64,000 nucleotides of DNA from contig JAFYJD010000025.1 in assembly GCA_017538255.1 (NCBI GenBank), forward strand, positions 25,306 to 89,305, read 5' to 3'. The notes under the pieces are model-generated. The model had not been told where the DNA came from. It searched no databases and saw only the letters and a list, made by a program, of their open reading frames with translations. The translations under genes and the position numbers were made by a program. Positions 20,856-29,244 of the stretch are shown one piece after another. Every line of letters begins with the position of its first letter. Within the stretch, counting starts at the first letter, position 1. Source of the DNA: Clostridia bacterium. GTDB taxonomy: Bacteria > Bacillota > Clostridia > Christensenellales > CAG-138.

Positions 20856-21776
20856 ATGAGAAAGCAATTCACATCAACGATTTTGCCGCTTATCGCGGCC
20901 GTCATCTGGGGTACTGCCTTTGTTGCGCAGGATGTTTGCGCTGGAAACGTCCCCCCTCTTGCCTTCAACGCGATCCGTTTTGCCGTCGCGGTCGTGTTTC
21001 TTGCGCTTGTTAAGATCATCATCTCGACGATTCGCAAAAAATCCAAAATGACTTTGTCTGCTGTCAAACAAAAATCCTGTAACCGATCTCTTTTGACCGC
21101 AGGGTTGCTATGCGGCCTCGCGCTTGCAGTTGCATCATTCTTTCAACAAGCCGGTATGGAGGCGGGCACCGACGCGGGCAAATCGGGCTTCATAACCGCG
21201 CTCTATGTTGTGCTCGTGCCGGTTATAGGTCTGTTTTTCAAGAAACGCACCCCGTGGGTGCTTTGGATCGCGCTCGCAGTTGCCGTTATCGGATTGTATC
21301 TGCTCTGCGTAAACGGCGGTTTCAAACTTGAAAGCGGCGATATGCTGACACTCGTTTGTGCGCTTGCGTTTGCGATACAGATACTGCTTATAGACAAATT
21401 TGCCGGCGAACTCGATCCTATACTCTTTTGTATCGTTGAGTTTGCGACGGCGGCTGCGCTGTCATTTATCGGGATGCTTATTATGGAAAGACCCGATGCA
21501 TCGCAGATCATAAAATACGCGCTTCCGATACTGTATGTGGCGGTATTCTCCTGCGGCATCGCATATCTTATGCAGATAATCGCCCAGCGCGACGGCGACC
21601 CCACGCTTGTTTCACTTCTGTTCAGTATGGAATCGGTCTTTTCCGTCATAAGCGGAGCGATAATACTGAAACAGAAAATGAGCGCGCGTGAACTCACCGG
21701 CTGTGCGCTGATTCTTGCGGCAGTCGTTATCGCACAGTTATCCGTCGTGTCAAAGCAAAAAGAAACGGGGATTTAA
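20856..21776 (+). CDS. DMT/EamA family transporter
   Basis: IWGTAFVAQ, GKSGFITALYVVLVP, about 10 hydrophobic segments. Confidence 0.92.
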   Translation: MRKQFTSTILPLIAAVIWGTAFVAQDVCAGNVPPLAFNAIRFAVAVVFLALVKIIISTIRKKSKMTLSAVKQKSCNRSLLTAGLLCGLALAVASFFQQAGMEAGTDAGKSGFITALYVVLVPVIGLFFKKRTPWVLWIALAVAVIGLYLLCVNGGFKLESGDMLTLVCALAFAIQILLIDKFAGELDPILFCIVEFATAAALSFIGMLIMERPDASQIIKYALPILYVAVFSCGIAYLMQIIAQRDGDPTLVSLLFSMESVFSVISGAIILKQKMSARELTGCALILAAVVIAQLSVVSKQKETGI

Positions 21777-21779
21777 TAC

Positions 21780-22190
21780 TTATATTCGGCTTTCCTTTTG
21801 ATCGCCTATCAGCATTTCTACAAGTTTGACGCATTCAAACACCAATCCGTCGCAAAACGGTTTTTTCTGTTGGCCGAGTCTCTCATTCCTATCAAGCAGG
21901 TCCTTGCAATCAAGCATATTTGAATGATTTAAATTGAGTTTTGCATAGTACTTCTCAATGGTGCCCGGATCATCTTTGCCCATTAGTCCAAGAGCCATCA
22001 ATCCTCCTGTAACGGCACCGCAGACAGAGCCGCGTTTCATCCCTCCGCCGAAGTTGGCGGCGATATTTCGCAGCATTTCCTCGTCAACCTCTGCCGATTT
22101 TGCAAAGGGCATCAAAACAGATTGGGCACAATTATAATGCGGTGATTGAGATTCGCGCAGTTCGCGCGCTCTGTTAATACAGTAATCCAT
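21780..22190 (-). CDS. C-GCAxxG-C-C family putative redox protein
   Basis: NCAQSV, GGGM..GSVCGAVTGG, LDC, FC. Confidence 0.9.
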   Translation of the reverse strand: MDYCINRARELRESQSPHYNCAQSVLMPFAKSAEVDEEMLRNIAANFGGGMKRGSVCGAVTGGLMALGLMGKDDPGTIEKYYAKLNLNHSNMLDCKDLLDRNERLGQQKKPFCDGLVFECVKLVEMLIGDQKESRI

Positions 22191-22212
22191 TTTTCTTCCT
22201 CCATAAATAACC

Positions 22213-22243
22213 AAAACTGCCGGGCAATGCGTTTTGCCCGGCA
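22213..22243 (-). terminator. Terminator after the small peptide gene
   Basis: tgccgggcaa/ttgcccggca stem with a T tail on the minus strand. Confidence 0.65.
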
Positions 22244-22267
22244 ATATTCAAGCGATAATACTCCTTC

Positions 22268-22531
22268 TCAGGAGTTAAATGTAACGCCGTCCGTGGTGGA
22301 AGCGTACAGGCAAGCCTTGTCGTCGCCGCCGTATTTGGCCATAAACTCGTGGTCGGTCATCGTGCAATCGACTTCCGGAATGAATATAATGACAGGTTCG
22401 CCGGTGTCAATATCATCAAACCCCATATCGACGGGGATCCAGTAATCCTCAGCGTCGACGCAGGTGCGTACTTCGTTGTTGCCCTTAAGATTCTGAGCGT
22501 AAAGGACGGGTTTCTGGTATGATTTCTTCAT
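22268..22531 (-). CDS. Small acidic 87-aa protein with a YxxPxL N-terminal motif
   Basis: RBS gagagg; MKKSYQKPVLYAQNL...; three Cys; ends DGVTFNS. Confidence 0.75.
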   Translation of the reverse strand: MKKSYQKPVLYAQNLKGNNEVRTCVDAEDYWIPVDMGFDDIDTGEPVIIFIPEVDCTMTDHEFMAKYGGDDKACLYASTTDGVTFNS

Positions 22532-22550
22532 AACTAATTCCTCTCTATAA

Positions 22551-22971
22551 TCAGTTCAATGCCGCTCGCATAACGATTATCGCATCATCTACGGTGAGAC
22601 AGCCGTCTGAGTTCATATCGGCGCAGTAGCGGCCGTATGCATCGAGATCACAAATACCCATCGCCACGCGAAGCGCAATGATAACGTCCACGATATCGAT
22701 GTCGGCATCCGCGTTGACGTCGCCCTTTGTACCGGCTATTACAGCAGTTGCGAGTTCAAGCGTATTGCCAATAAATGCAGCCGTCGATAGTACCGCTTTT
22801 GGGGCCGGAGCCTTTGGTCTCAACGGCTTTAACTGCGGCATAGAAGTTTTTGGCTGTTTCTGCCGTTGCGCCGATGAACGCCGGAAGAGAGCCGAAAACA
22901 AAAGCCGCGACCAGCAGTATCGTAGCTATAGTGCAAAACGACCGTTTTTGTGTTGAAAATGACTTCTTCAT
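22551..22971 (-). pseudogene. Collapsed secreted dockerin-domain protein (signal peptide joined out of frame to a dockerin repeat pair)
   Basis: Signal peptide ORF MKKSFSTQKR..ATAE stops at 22756; another frame carries KGDVNADADIDIVDVIIALR..ADMNSDGCLTVDDAIIVMR. Confidence 0.75.
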
Positions 22972-23392
22972 AGTTCTAACCCCCTGTAAGTATTCTGTGA
23001 TCGACCGATTTCGCCTAACCAGTATATCGCTTAGCGTTTTGCGAAGCCTATCACGGAATAGGACTTGCATAAAACAACAGCGCCTATTCGCACACATTAA
23101 TATAATAACACATATCGCAAAAATAGTCAACTCAGTTTTAGTTTCGTGCTATGGAGTGCTCTTGTCCAAAATCCTATGGATTACTTTTGGAATTAATCAT
23201 TACGCTTGTTAATTTAATTATGTCAAACCAACCATTCTGCGGATCTGATAATGCGATATTAAAGAACAGGCTGTTCAAATATAATCGATATAATCGTTAT
23301 TTTGACGATTTTGTATGCTTTTGGGGGCTTTTCAACGCCTTTCGCGCCAATAAAGTACTGTACCAAACGCGTCCATTGCGCGCGCACAGCAA

Positions 23393-23620
23393 TCACTCTA
23401 TCTCGGCCTCGGCTGTCTTGCGCTCCTTGATCGTGGCTTCCATATTCTCAACAAACTCTTGATACTCCTCGGTATAGCGAGTCTTGGGAGGATCGATATC
23501 GGAAGGATCGACGGTGAAGGTATTTACAGTATTTCCGTAGTTGGCCAAGTCGAATGCGCGGGTCGCTTCTTCCTTCTTTTTCTGTTTCTTTTTTGCTTTA
23601 AAAAGTTTGATGAACTTCAT
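23393..23620 (-). CDS. Small hypothetical protein
   Basis: RBS caggag, own TATAAT promoter, Lys-rich N-terminus and acidic C-terminus. Confidence 0.6.
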   Translation of the reverse strand: MKFIKLFKAKKKQKKKEEATRAFDLANYGNTVNTFTVDPSDIDPPKTRYTEEYQEFVENMEATIKERKTAEAEIE

Positions 23621-23700
23621 AGCGGTATCTCCTGTTGTTTGGTGATGAGCCTATTATATCTCAAAAGTTTGGAAATGGCAAGAACGCAGTCGAAAACCGT

Positions 23701-24339
23701 TCAATCGGCGATTATGTCGCCGAAATTGCCTTTTATAAAGTGGCGGTATTCCGGATGATCGACGGCGTTTTCGTACTCCTTGATGATCGTTGCGCGATTC
23801 CACTCCCTTGTCTTTTCATCCAATTGATCGTATCGCTCGATCCTGATAAGGCCATGCCTCTCGGCTTCGAGTATCGCTTCGTATGCGTCGGGCACATACT
23901 CAACGCCAGCCACATCGACCGGCGCGCCGCTCGTCGCGGCAAACGGTATTTTAACGGAGATACCCGGCGTTTCGATCGCCTCAACGCTGTAGATATAGGC
24001 GGATACGCCCCTATAGGTGGATTCGAGCGCGTTTTTATAATACTCCGTTATACATTGCACGCCGTTCTTATCGAATCCGTAAGGACCCCACTTCTGCCAT
24101 TTGCCGTTATACTCAAAGCCGGTTTCTTTGCAGTATTTTTCTATCGCGTTTGACAAATACACGAGCACGTTTTCCCTTTTTTCGGAAAAATAGATAAGAG
24201 GAACGCCGTGATTTGAAACGCGCGGCTCAAGCCTTGTTATGTTAGGTATGTTTGACGCGTGATAGAACAATATGGTATCTCCGTTATTGAAACTTTGTTT
24301 TTTCTGTATGCTCCCAGTATCATCTGCCGAGTACCGCAT
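23701..24339 (-). CDS. Hypothetical protein, possible H-Y clade (Arr/DUF952-like) ADP-ribosyltransferase fold
   Basis: LFYHAS..LEP..SNH..LIYFS, AYIYSVE; start codon overlaps the VOC stop; true start uncertain. Confidence 0.55.
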   Translation of the reverse strand: MRYSADDTGSIQKKQSFNNGDTILFYHASNIPNITRLEPRVSNHGVPLIYFSEKRENVLVYLSNAIEKYCKETGFEYNGKWQKWGPYGFDKNGVQCITEYYKNALESTYRGVSAYIYSVEAIETPGISVKIPFAATSGAPVDVAGVEYVPDAYEAILEAERHGLIRIERYDQLDEKTREWNRATIIKEYENAVDHPEYRHFIKGNFGDIIAD

Positions 24340-24701
24340 TACACGGGAGTTCCTACTTCGATCAGATTCCCGTCCAGGTCATAGAATCTGACAACTCGCT
24401 GCCCCCAGCTGTGCGTCATAAGACGGTTTACATACTCGATGTTTGGATAGAGCCTTTCAAGTTTTTCAATAAAAGCCTCGATCTCCGACTCTTCAAAATA
24501 CAGTTCTGTGCTGTTGTTTCTTGATAATATGTTTTTTCCTAAGAATGCTTCCCAGTATTCGGCTTCCTGTAAATACAAGCCGCCTGTCAACTCCATATTG
24601 CCGTCGTTGTCCCGTATCAGTTCAAACCCAAACAGATCATGGTAAAACTTTAAAGCGGCATTACAGTCCTTCACAACCAGAAGCGCTCCTCTGTATTTCA
24701 T
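24339..24701 (-). CDS. VOC (glyoxalase/bleomycin resistance) family protein
   Basis: FYHDLFG, ELYFE, HSWGQRVVRFYDLDGNLIEVG. Confidence 0.92.
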   Translation of the reverse strand: MKYRGALLVVKDCNAALKFYHDLFGFELIRDNDGNMELTGGLYLQEAEYWEAFLGKNILSRNNSTELYFEESEIEAFIEKLERLYPNIEYVNRLMTHSWGQRVVRFYDLDGNLIEVGTPV

Positions 24702-24758
24702 CTAGACATCTCCTTTCGGCGAAGAAAACTCACAAAAATATTATGGCTTTATTGTTTT

Positions 24759-25853
24759 TTATTTGCTTGATAAATCAATGAAGGAATAATCAGTATTTTC
24801 TATCCTTGATCTCATAATCTCAATAGACATTTCCGACTTATCTATACCAACAAATCTTCGATTATGTTTTTGAGCAGCTAATAACATTGATCCACTTCCA
24901 GCAAAGCAGTCCATTACATAGCTGCCTTTTTCAGATGATTGAAGTATTATTTGCTCAAGCATATCGCTATTCTTTTCTGTAGGATAGACAGGATATTGGG
25001 GGTCTTTGAATGACCAAATATCTTGTATCTTTTTCCCTTGATGTTCGTCCGCATATTTTTTAATCCTAGGATTCCCGGTGGAAGACCATTCTATCATGTT
25101 CAGCGAATCAAGTCTATCAAACTCTGTTGGGTCTGTACGCCAGTGCCGTCCTTGAGGAGGATTCATTCCCCTCCACGGTTGCCCAGTTGGGCTACTGACA
25201 CTAGATTCTCCAGGAGCATGAAGAGGAATAGTGGTATAACGCCTTCCATCACTATCCACCTTACTAAATCGTTTCGCTATCTCTTCATTCGTACATTTTA
25301 AACGTATATCGTTCCATATTCCAGAATTCGTTTTTGTGTAAAAGAGTATCATATCCTTTTGGTTACCGTATGCTTTACGGTCAAAGTTCTTGGGGTTGGA
25401 TTTAATCCTTGTTATATCGTTTTTGAAACAATCATCTCCGAATATTTCGTCAAGCATTACCTTAAAATAGTGTCCCATTTTTGTGTCTATATGGACATAC
25501 AAACTCCCCTTATTGGACAAGAGCTCACGAATTAAAACAAACCTTTCATACATGAACTTCAAGTATTCATCCTTAGTCATTACATCGGAATATGCAACTT
25601 TGCCATTTCGTGATCTACTTATAGTGCTTACTCTGTCGTCAGATACTAAGAAAATTTGATCGGTGTTAAAAGGAGGATCTATGTAAACAAGATCAATCTT
25701 ATCTTTATAGTCCGGCATCATAGAAGACATGGCTAAAAAATTATCACCTTTGATAATTAAAGACTTTTCTTCGCATACAATTCTCGAGGTTGCTTTATTT
25801 GAGCGTTCAATAATTGCCTCGTGTGATTCTTTTCCATCGAAGATAATGTTCAT
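24759..25853 (-). CDS. Type II amino-DNA methyltransferase (beta class), similar to GTSAC-specific M.Tsp45I/M.Hpy99II-type enzymes
   Basis: IKGDN, DLVYIDPPF before DCFAGSGS; RIKSNPKNF, YTTIPLHAPGE, PPQGRHWR, FKDPQYPVYPTEKN. Confidence 0.88.
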   Translation of the reverse strand: MNIIFDGKESHEAIIERSNKATSRIVCEEKSLIIKGDNFLAMSSMMPDYKDKIDLVYIDPPFNTDQIFLVSDDRVSTISRSRNGKVAYSDVMTKDEYLKFMYERFVLIRELLSNKGSLYVHIDTKMGHYFKVMLDEIFGDDCFKNDITRIKSNPKNFDRKAYGNQKDMILFYTKTNSGIWNDIRLKCTNEEIAKRFSKVDSDGRRYTTIPLHAPGESSVSSPTGQPWRGMNPPQGRHWRTDPTEFDRLDSLNMIEWSSTGNPRIKKYADEHQGKKIQDIWSFKDPQYPVYPTEKNSDMLEQIILQSSEKGSYVMDCFAGSGSMLLAAQKHNRRFVGIDKSEMSIEIMRSRIENTDYSFIDLSSK

Positions 25854-25864
25854 TGGATTTCCCT

Positions 25865-26665
25865 CTATATTGAGTATAAGTATTCTCTTAACAATAGGCT
25901 TGAAAGAATGGTTTGATCGTCGTGTTCTCTAAGATGCCTATGCATTTTGTTATTACCAGTTATATACAAAACCCCATCACAGATTGCTATTTTATTAACC
26001 GTTACATTAAAACGATTCGGCAAAAGCGAAGATGTAATTGTGGATACTGCATCAGCAAATTGTGCATCTTGATGCCCTCCAAAGTCCGTAAGAAACTTTG
26101 CCTCTCCAATGACATATTGCGAGTTAAAGCGAGCAACAAAATCTAGTCCTTTATTATGACTATATCCCAAATAATCACTTGCAAAGCGTTGCATCTCGGT
26201 GTCTGAAGCGTTCAAAACTGCATTTCCGTTAGCTGCGAGAAATTCATTAACAGTATTGTATACTGGCGCTCCAAGCATCCCACGCGCAATCCATCTTTTA
26301 AAAAGCGGACCTATTTGCCTATTCGTTTCTTTCGGTTCGGTACATTTTTCATAGATAACATCTAATCCCATTTCATAAAGATTACCAGCAAGCCTGTTTA
26401 CAGTCTCAGGATTTCGTGATATCGATTCTGGGTCTCTTTTTAAATACGCGACATACGAATCCTTTATTGGGAATAACTCCAATGTTAATAACTCTCTTAC
26501 CAAAGTCTCGTTGTCTTGGCGTTCAAATGAAGTTTGAACTCGTTTCCATTGATTATTGTCAATTTCTCTGCGAATATTGGGTGACATTGGATACACTTTA
26601 AAAAGTTCATCTAAATAATTACTTTGATTTGCAAATTGCACACTCAATTCAGTCCAGTAATTCAT
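25865..26665 (-). CDS. Type II restriction endonuclease, Tsp45I-like
   Basis: MNYWTELS..ANQ.NYLDELFKVYP, EPKETNRQIGPLF, KGLDF..IGEAKFLTDFGGHQ PD-(D/E)xK core; adjacent to the MTase; low GC. Confidence 0.8.
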   Translation of the reverse strand: MNYWTELSVQFANQSNYLDELFKVYPMSPNIRREIDNNQWKRVQTSFERQDNETLVRELLTLELFPIKDSYVAYLKRDPESISRNPETVNRLAGNLYEMGLDVIYEKCTEPKETNRQIGPLFKRWIARGMLGAPVYNTVNEFLAANGNAVLNASDTEMQRFASDYLGYSHNKGLDFVARFNSQYVIGEAKFLTDFGGHQDAQFADAVSTITSSLLPNRFNVTVNKIAICDGVLYITGNNKMHRHLREHDDQTILSSLLLREYLYSI

Positions 26666-26689
26666 ATAATTCCTCCTGTAATCCATGTT

Positions 26690-26838
26690 ATATAAGTTGG
26701 AAGTGTCTGAACGCTTCCATAATGGCAGTTTCCTTTTCTTCAGTACATCCTGCCTATCTGGAATCTTCCGATTTTACCAACTTAAAAGCACAACAGTCTC
26801 AACATGCCCCGCCAGCAGAACATATCCACCGGCTGGCA
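26690..26838 (-). pseudogene. Remnant of a foreign rlmD 3' end with its C-terminal extension (att-site scar)
   Basis: CQPVDMFCW(frameshift)GHVETVVLLSW*, then KSEDSR*AGCTEEKETAIMEAFRHFQLI*. Confidence 0.75.
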
Positions 26839-26925
26839 TTAATCGGGCTGGTAGCTGCCGACGTATAAGTCGCTACTTTTTCTTGAACAGAAACTTCGCG
26901 CGGCTCTTTCCGGAACGGTATGCCG

Positions 26926-27900
26926 TCAGGATAATGCCCAGCAAGCCGGGGCAAAAACGAACCATGAAGAAAAATGCTTTCGTGCTATTCTTTTGTGGCT
27001 TTGTTTCCGCCTCTGCCGAGATGATTTCCTCCCGAAGTTTTTTTCTGCTTCCTTCCGCTCGTCTTTAGAGAAGTGGGACAGCATCAGATAAAACCGCACC
27101 AATTTGTCGCGCCGCTTTTGCTGGTAGGTTTCCAACTGTTCCACTGAAAAGACTTCCGGCGTGTGATCCCGAATGAAAGTCTCTGATCGAGACTGCGACA
27201 GCATCCGATCCTCTATTTTTTTGACCGATAAGCTACCGGTGGTAATACTGCCGGGCCGCTTTCTGTACATATATAATACCTTATCCAGAACAAATATGCG
27301 TTGGTTTCGAGCATATATCCTGTAGGTGATATCAACATCCTCAAACACATGGCCTTCCAGGAATCTTTCAGTCTCCCAAATTTCCCGGGCGTACAGCTTA
27401 TTCCATACACCAAAGTTCAGCGTTCCGTCAAATAAAGCGCGAATGACGGCATCGCGATCATATTTGCCGGGCCGGATCGCTGGTCCTGTTTGCATACAGT
27501 TTTCCAGGCCCATGACAGACGTCGTTTTATGCAAAGAATGCCGACAAACCACGATATTCACGTCTTCCTGAATCATGGCAGTTACCATGCTCTCTACAAA
27601 CGAAGCGTCATAGGCGTCATCGGAATCCAAAAAGGCGATCAATTTGCCCCGTGCACTGTTCAGGCCGGCGTTCCGCGCGCCTCCAGGGCCTTTATTCTCC
27701 TGATGAAGCACAACAAAGCGATTGTCCCTTTGGGCGTATTGATCGCAAAGCGCTGCCGAACCGTCGGTCGAACCATCATCAATGACGATGATTTCCAAAT
27801 TGGTATAGGTCTGGTGGATTACGCTGTCAAGCGCCTCTGCCAGGAAAGGCCGGATATTATAGACCGGTATGATGATGCTGACGAGAGGATTGTTCTCCAC
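26926..27900 (-). CDS. Glycosyltransferase family 2 (C-terminus probably frameshifted at an A7 tract)
   Basis: LVSIIIPVYN, IDDGSTDGS, ARNAGL, FLDSDD, VWNKLY, FED; GTG start with gaggtg RBS. Confidence 0.9.
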   Translation of the reverse strand: MENNPLVSIIIPVYNIRPFLAEALDSVIHQTYTNLEIIVIDDGSTDGSAALCDQYAQRDNRFVVLHQENKGPGGARNAGLNSARGKLIAFLDSDDAYDASFVESMVTAMIQEDVNIVVCRHSLHKTTSVMGLENCMQTGPAIRPGKYDRDAVIRALFDGTLNFGVWNKLYAREIWETERFLEGHVFEDVDITYRIYARNQRIFVLDKVLYMYRKRPGSITTGSLSVKKIEDRMLSQSRSETFIRDHTPEVFSVEQLETYQQKRRDKLVRFYLMLSHFSKDERKEAEKNFGRKSSRQRRKQSHKRIARKHFSSWFVFAPACWALS

Positions 27901-28240
27901 ATTTCTGCACCTCTTTTCATATTCAAATGGCCCCGTACGCCGCCTTATACCGGTTCACCGCAGAAACAGGTACTGACCGCCGGCAATGCTTATTGCAGCT
28001 GCTTTGTGATCATCCGGCGCACAAAGCCGGGAAGGTGAAAGCACTGGAACCGGTTCAGCATCCGCGGGGCAGCCGTTTTCAGGCTTTTTTCAATACCCAA
28101 TGCCGCAGCGGCTGTGCAAACACAATACTTAGCCGGTTTTCAGCATTTCATCGCAATTTTGAACGGCGGGACAGAGCATCTTTCATCCAATATGCGATTC
28201 CGCATATAGACCTTTCGAGGCTTGTTTACGTATTCATTCT

Positions 28241-28369
28241 CGATATCTCGCCCTTGGAAAGCTTCACCACCGTCTCCACATGCCTCGGAGCTCTCGTATC
28301 CGTGTCCGATATGCGCTGACCGTTCGAGGAAACAAGTCAGACAACCGTGGGCGTTCAAGGAAACATGTC
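28241..28369 (-). repeat. Cluster of rlmD 3'-end half-site copies
   Basis: gacatgtttccttgaacg (28352-28369), gacttgtttcctcgaacg (28321-28338), catgtggagacggtggtgaagctttccaagggcgagata (about 28244-28282). Confidence 0.8.
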
Positions 28370-28434
28370 TGCGAACCGCTCCCCGCCGCAACTGATGACA
28401 GTGTGGGGACCTTGGTGTCTTCAAAATAATTTTT

Positions 28435-28977
28435 TTACTGCCTTATCCGGTCGAGATATTCATCATCAGTAATACCGGCTGGAAACTCACAGTTGTATTC
28501 CTTCAGCAGAAGATTATTCTCATTATATTTATCCTTAAGTACCGCCTTTAGATAGTCAGTAAAAAAGCTTTTGAACCATTGTACACTCTCGTTTAAGTCA
28601 GAGAAACCGTATTCACCCAATTGAATACCGAGACTGTTGTCGGGTGTGGGGCACCATTTCTCTTGATACAGCATAAAAACCTGTGTGTGCGTTTGATGGA
28701 GTTCTTCTGATCTGTACTCCATAAACCATGAGTGGTATGGAATGCTGTTCCTGATACAATACTGTTTTGTGAGCTCGGCTATTTCCCAGCACCAAGCACA
28801 ATTGTTCTCAACAACTTCTTTGACAGAAGAAAAAGTGTAATCATGGACTGCAAAGTTTTCATCATCCTGAAAATGAAGCTTCCCTTGTATATCTTTATAG
28901 CCGTAACGAATAGACGCCACATAAGCAAAAAACGCGTCGGGGCTCAATCTCATAATCTCTGTATACTTTATAGGCAT
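28435..28977 (-). CDS. Hypothetical protein with a transglutaminase-like Cys/His arrangement
   Basis: IRYGY, AWCWEIAEL, QTHTQVFMLYQEKW; RBS ggaggt. Confidence 0.6.
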   Translation of the reverse strand: MPIKYTEIMRLSPDAFFAYVASIRYGYKDIQGKLHFQDDENFAVHDYTFSSVKEVVENNCAWCWEIAELTKQYCIRNSIPYHSWFMEYRSEELHQTHTQVFMLYQEKWCPTPDNSLGIQLGEYGFSDLNESVQWFKSFFTDYLKAVLKDKYNENNLLLKEYNCEFPAGITDDEYLDRIRQ

Positions 28978-28997
28978 TCTATACCTCCATTTTCTCC

Positions 28998-29181
28998 GGA
29001 CATCGAAACTACAGTTACAGTCCCATTTGACAACAGAACGAGAGTCTCAACCTCTTGAAAACCCTCAAATGACAACAGTCCGATAGTCTCAATCTCACAT
29101 TTTTGCCGCTGATAGCGAACCGAGAGTTACAGCACCAGATTTCCCTGATTTTGCTCTCTCGCTCTGTGGAAACTTATCCAC
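28998..29181 (-). repeat. Cluster of degenerate rlmD 3'-end half-site copies
   Basis: VDKFPQS-like (29161-29181), AVTLGSLS (29110-29133), EIETIGLLS (29070-29096), EVETLVLLS (29027-29054), TVTVVSMS (28998-29021). Confidence 0.75.
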
Positions 29182-29244
29182 GCTTCTGCTGACGGTCAGA
29201 CCCTGAAAAACCCCTTATTTCCAGCCATTTTCCCGCTATCGTCC

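Larger units (their letters stand above)
23701..29244 (-). mobile_element. Composite genomic island accreted at the rlmD 3' end (no recombinase present; distal boundary uncertain)
   Basis: Multiple rlmD-end scars, heterogeneous base composition, R-M and other cargo, all co-oriented with rlmD. Confidence 0.7.

Noticed and set aside
28385-28425. Additional rlmD left half-site (accaaggtccccacact on the minus strand)
   Set aside because: Too degenerate to support by eye; not counted.
28998-29181. CRISPR array
   Set aside because: The repeats are degenerate, irregularly spaced and match the rlmD coding end; no cas genes are present.
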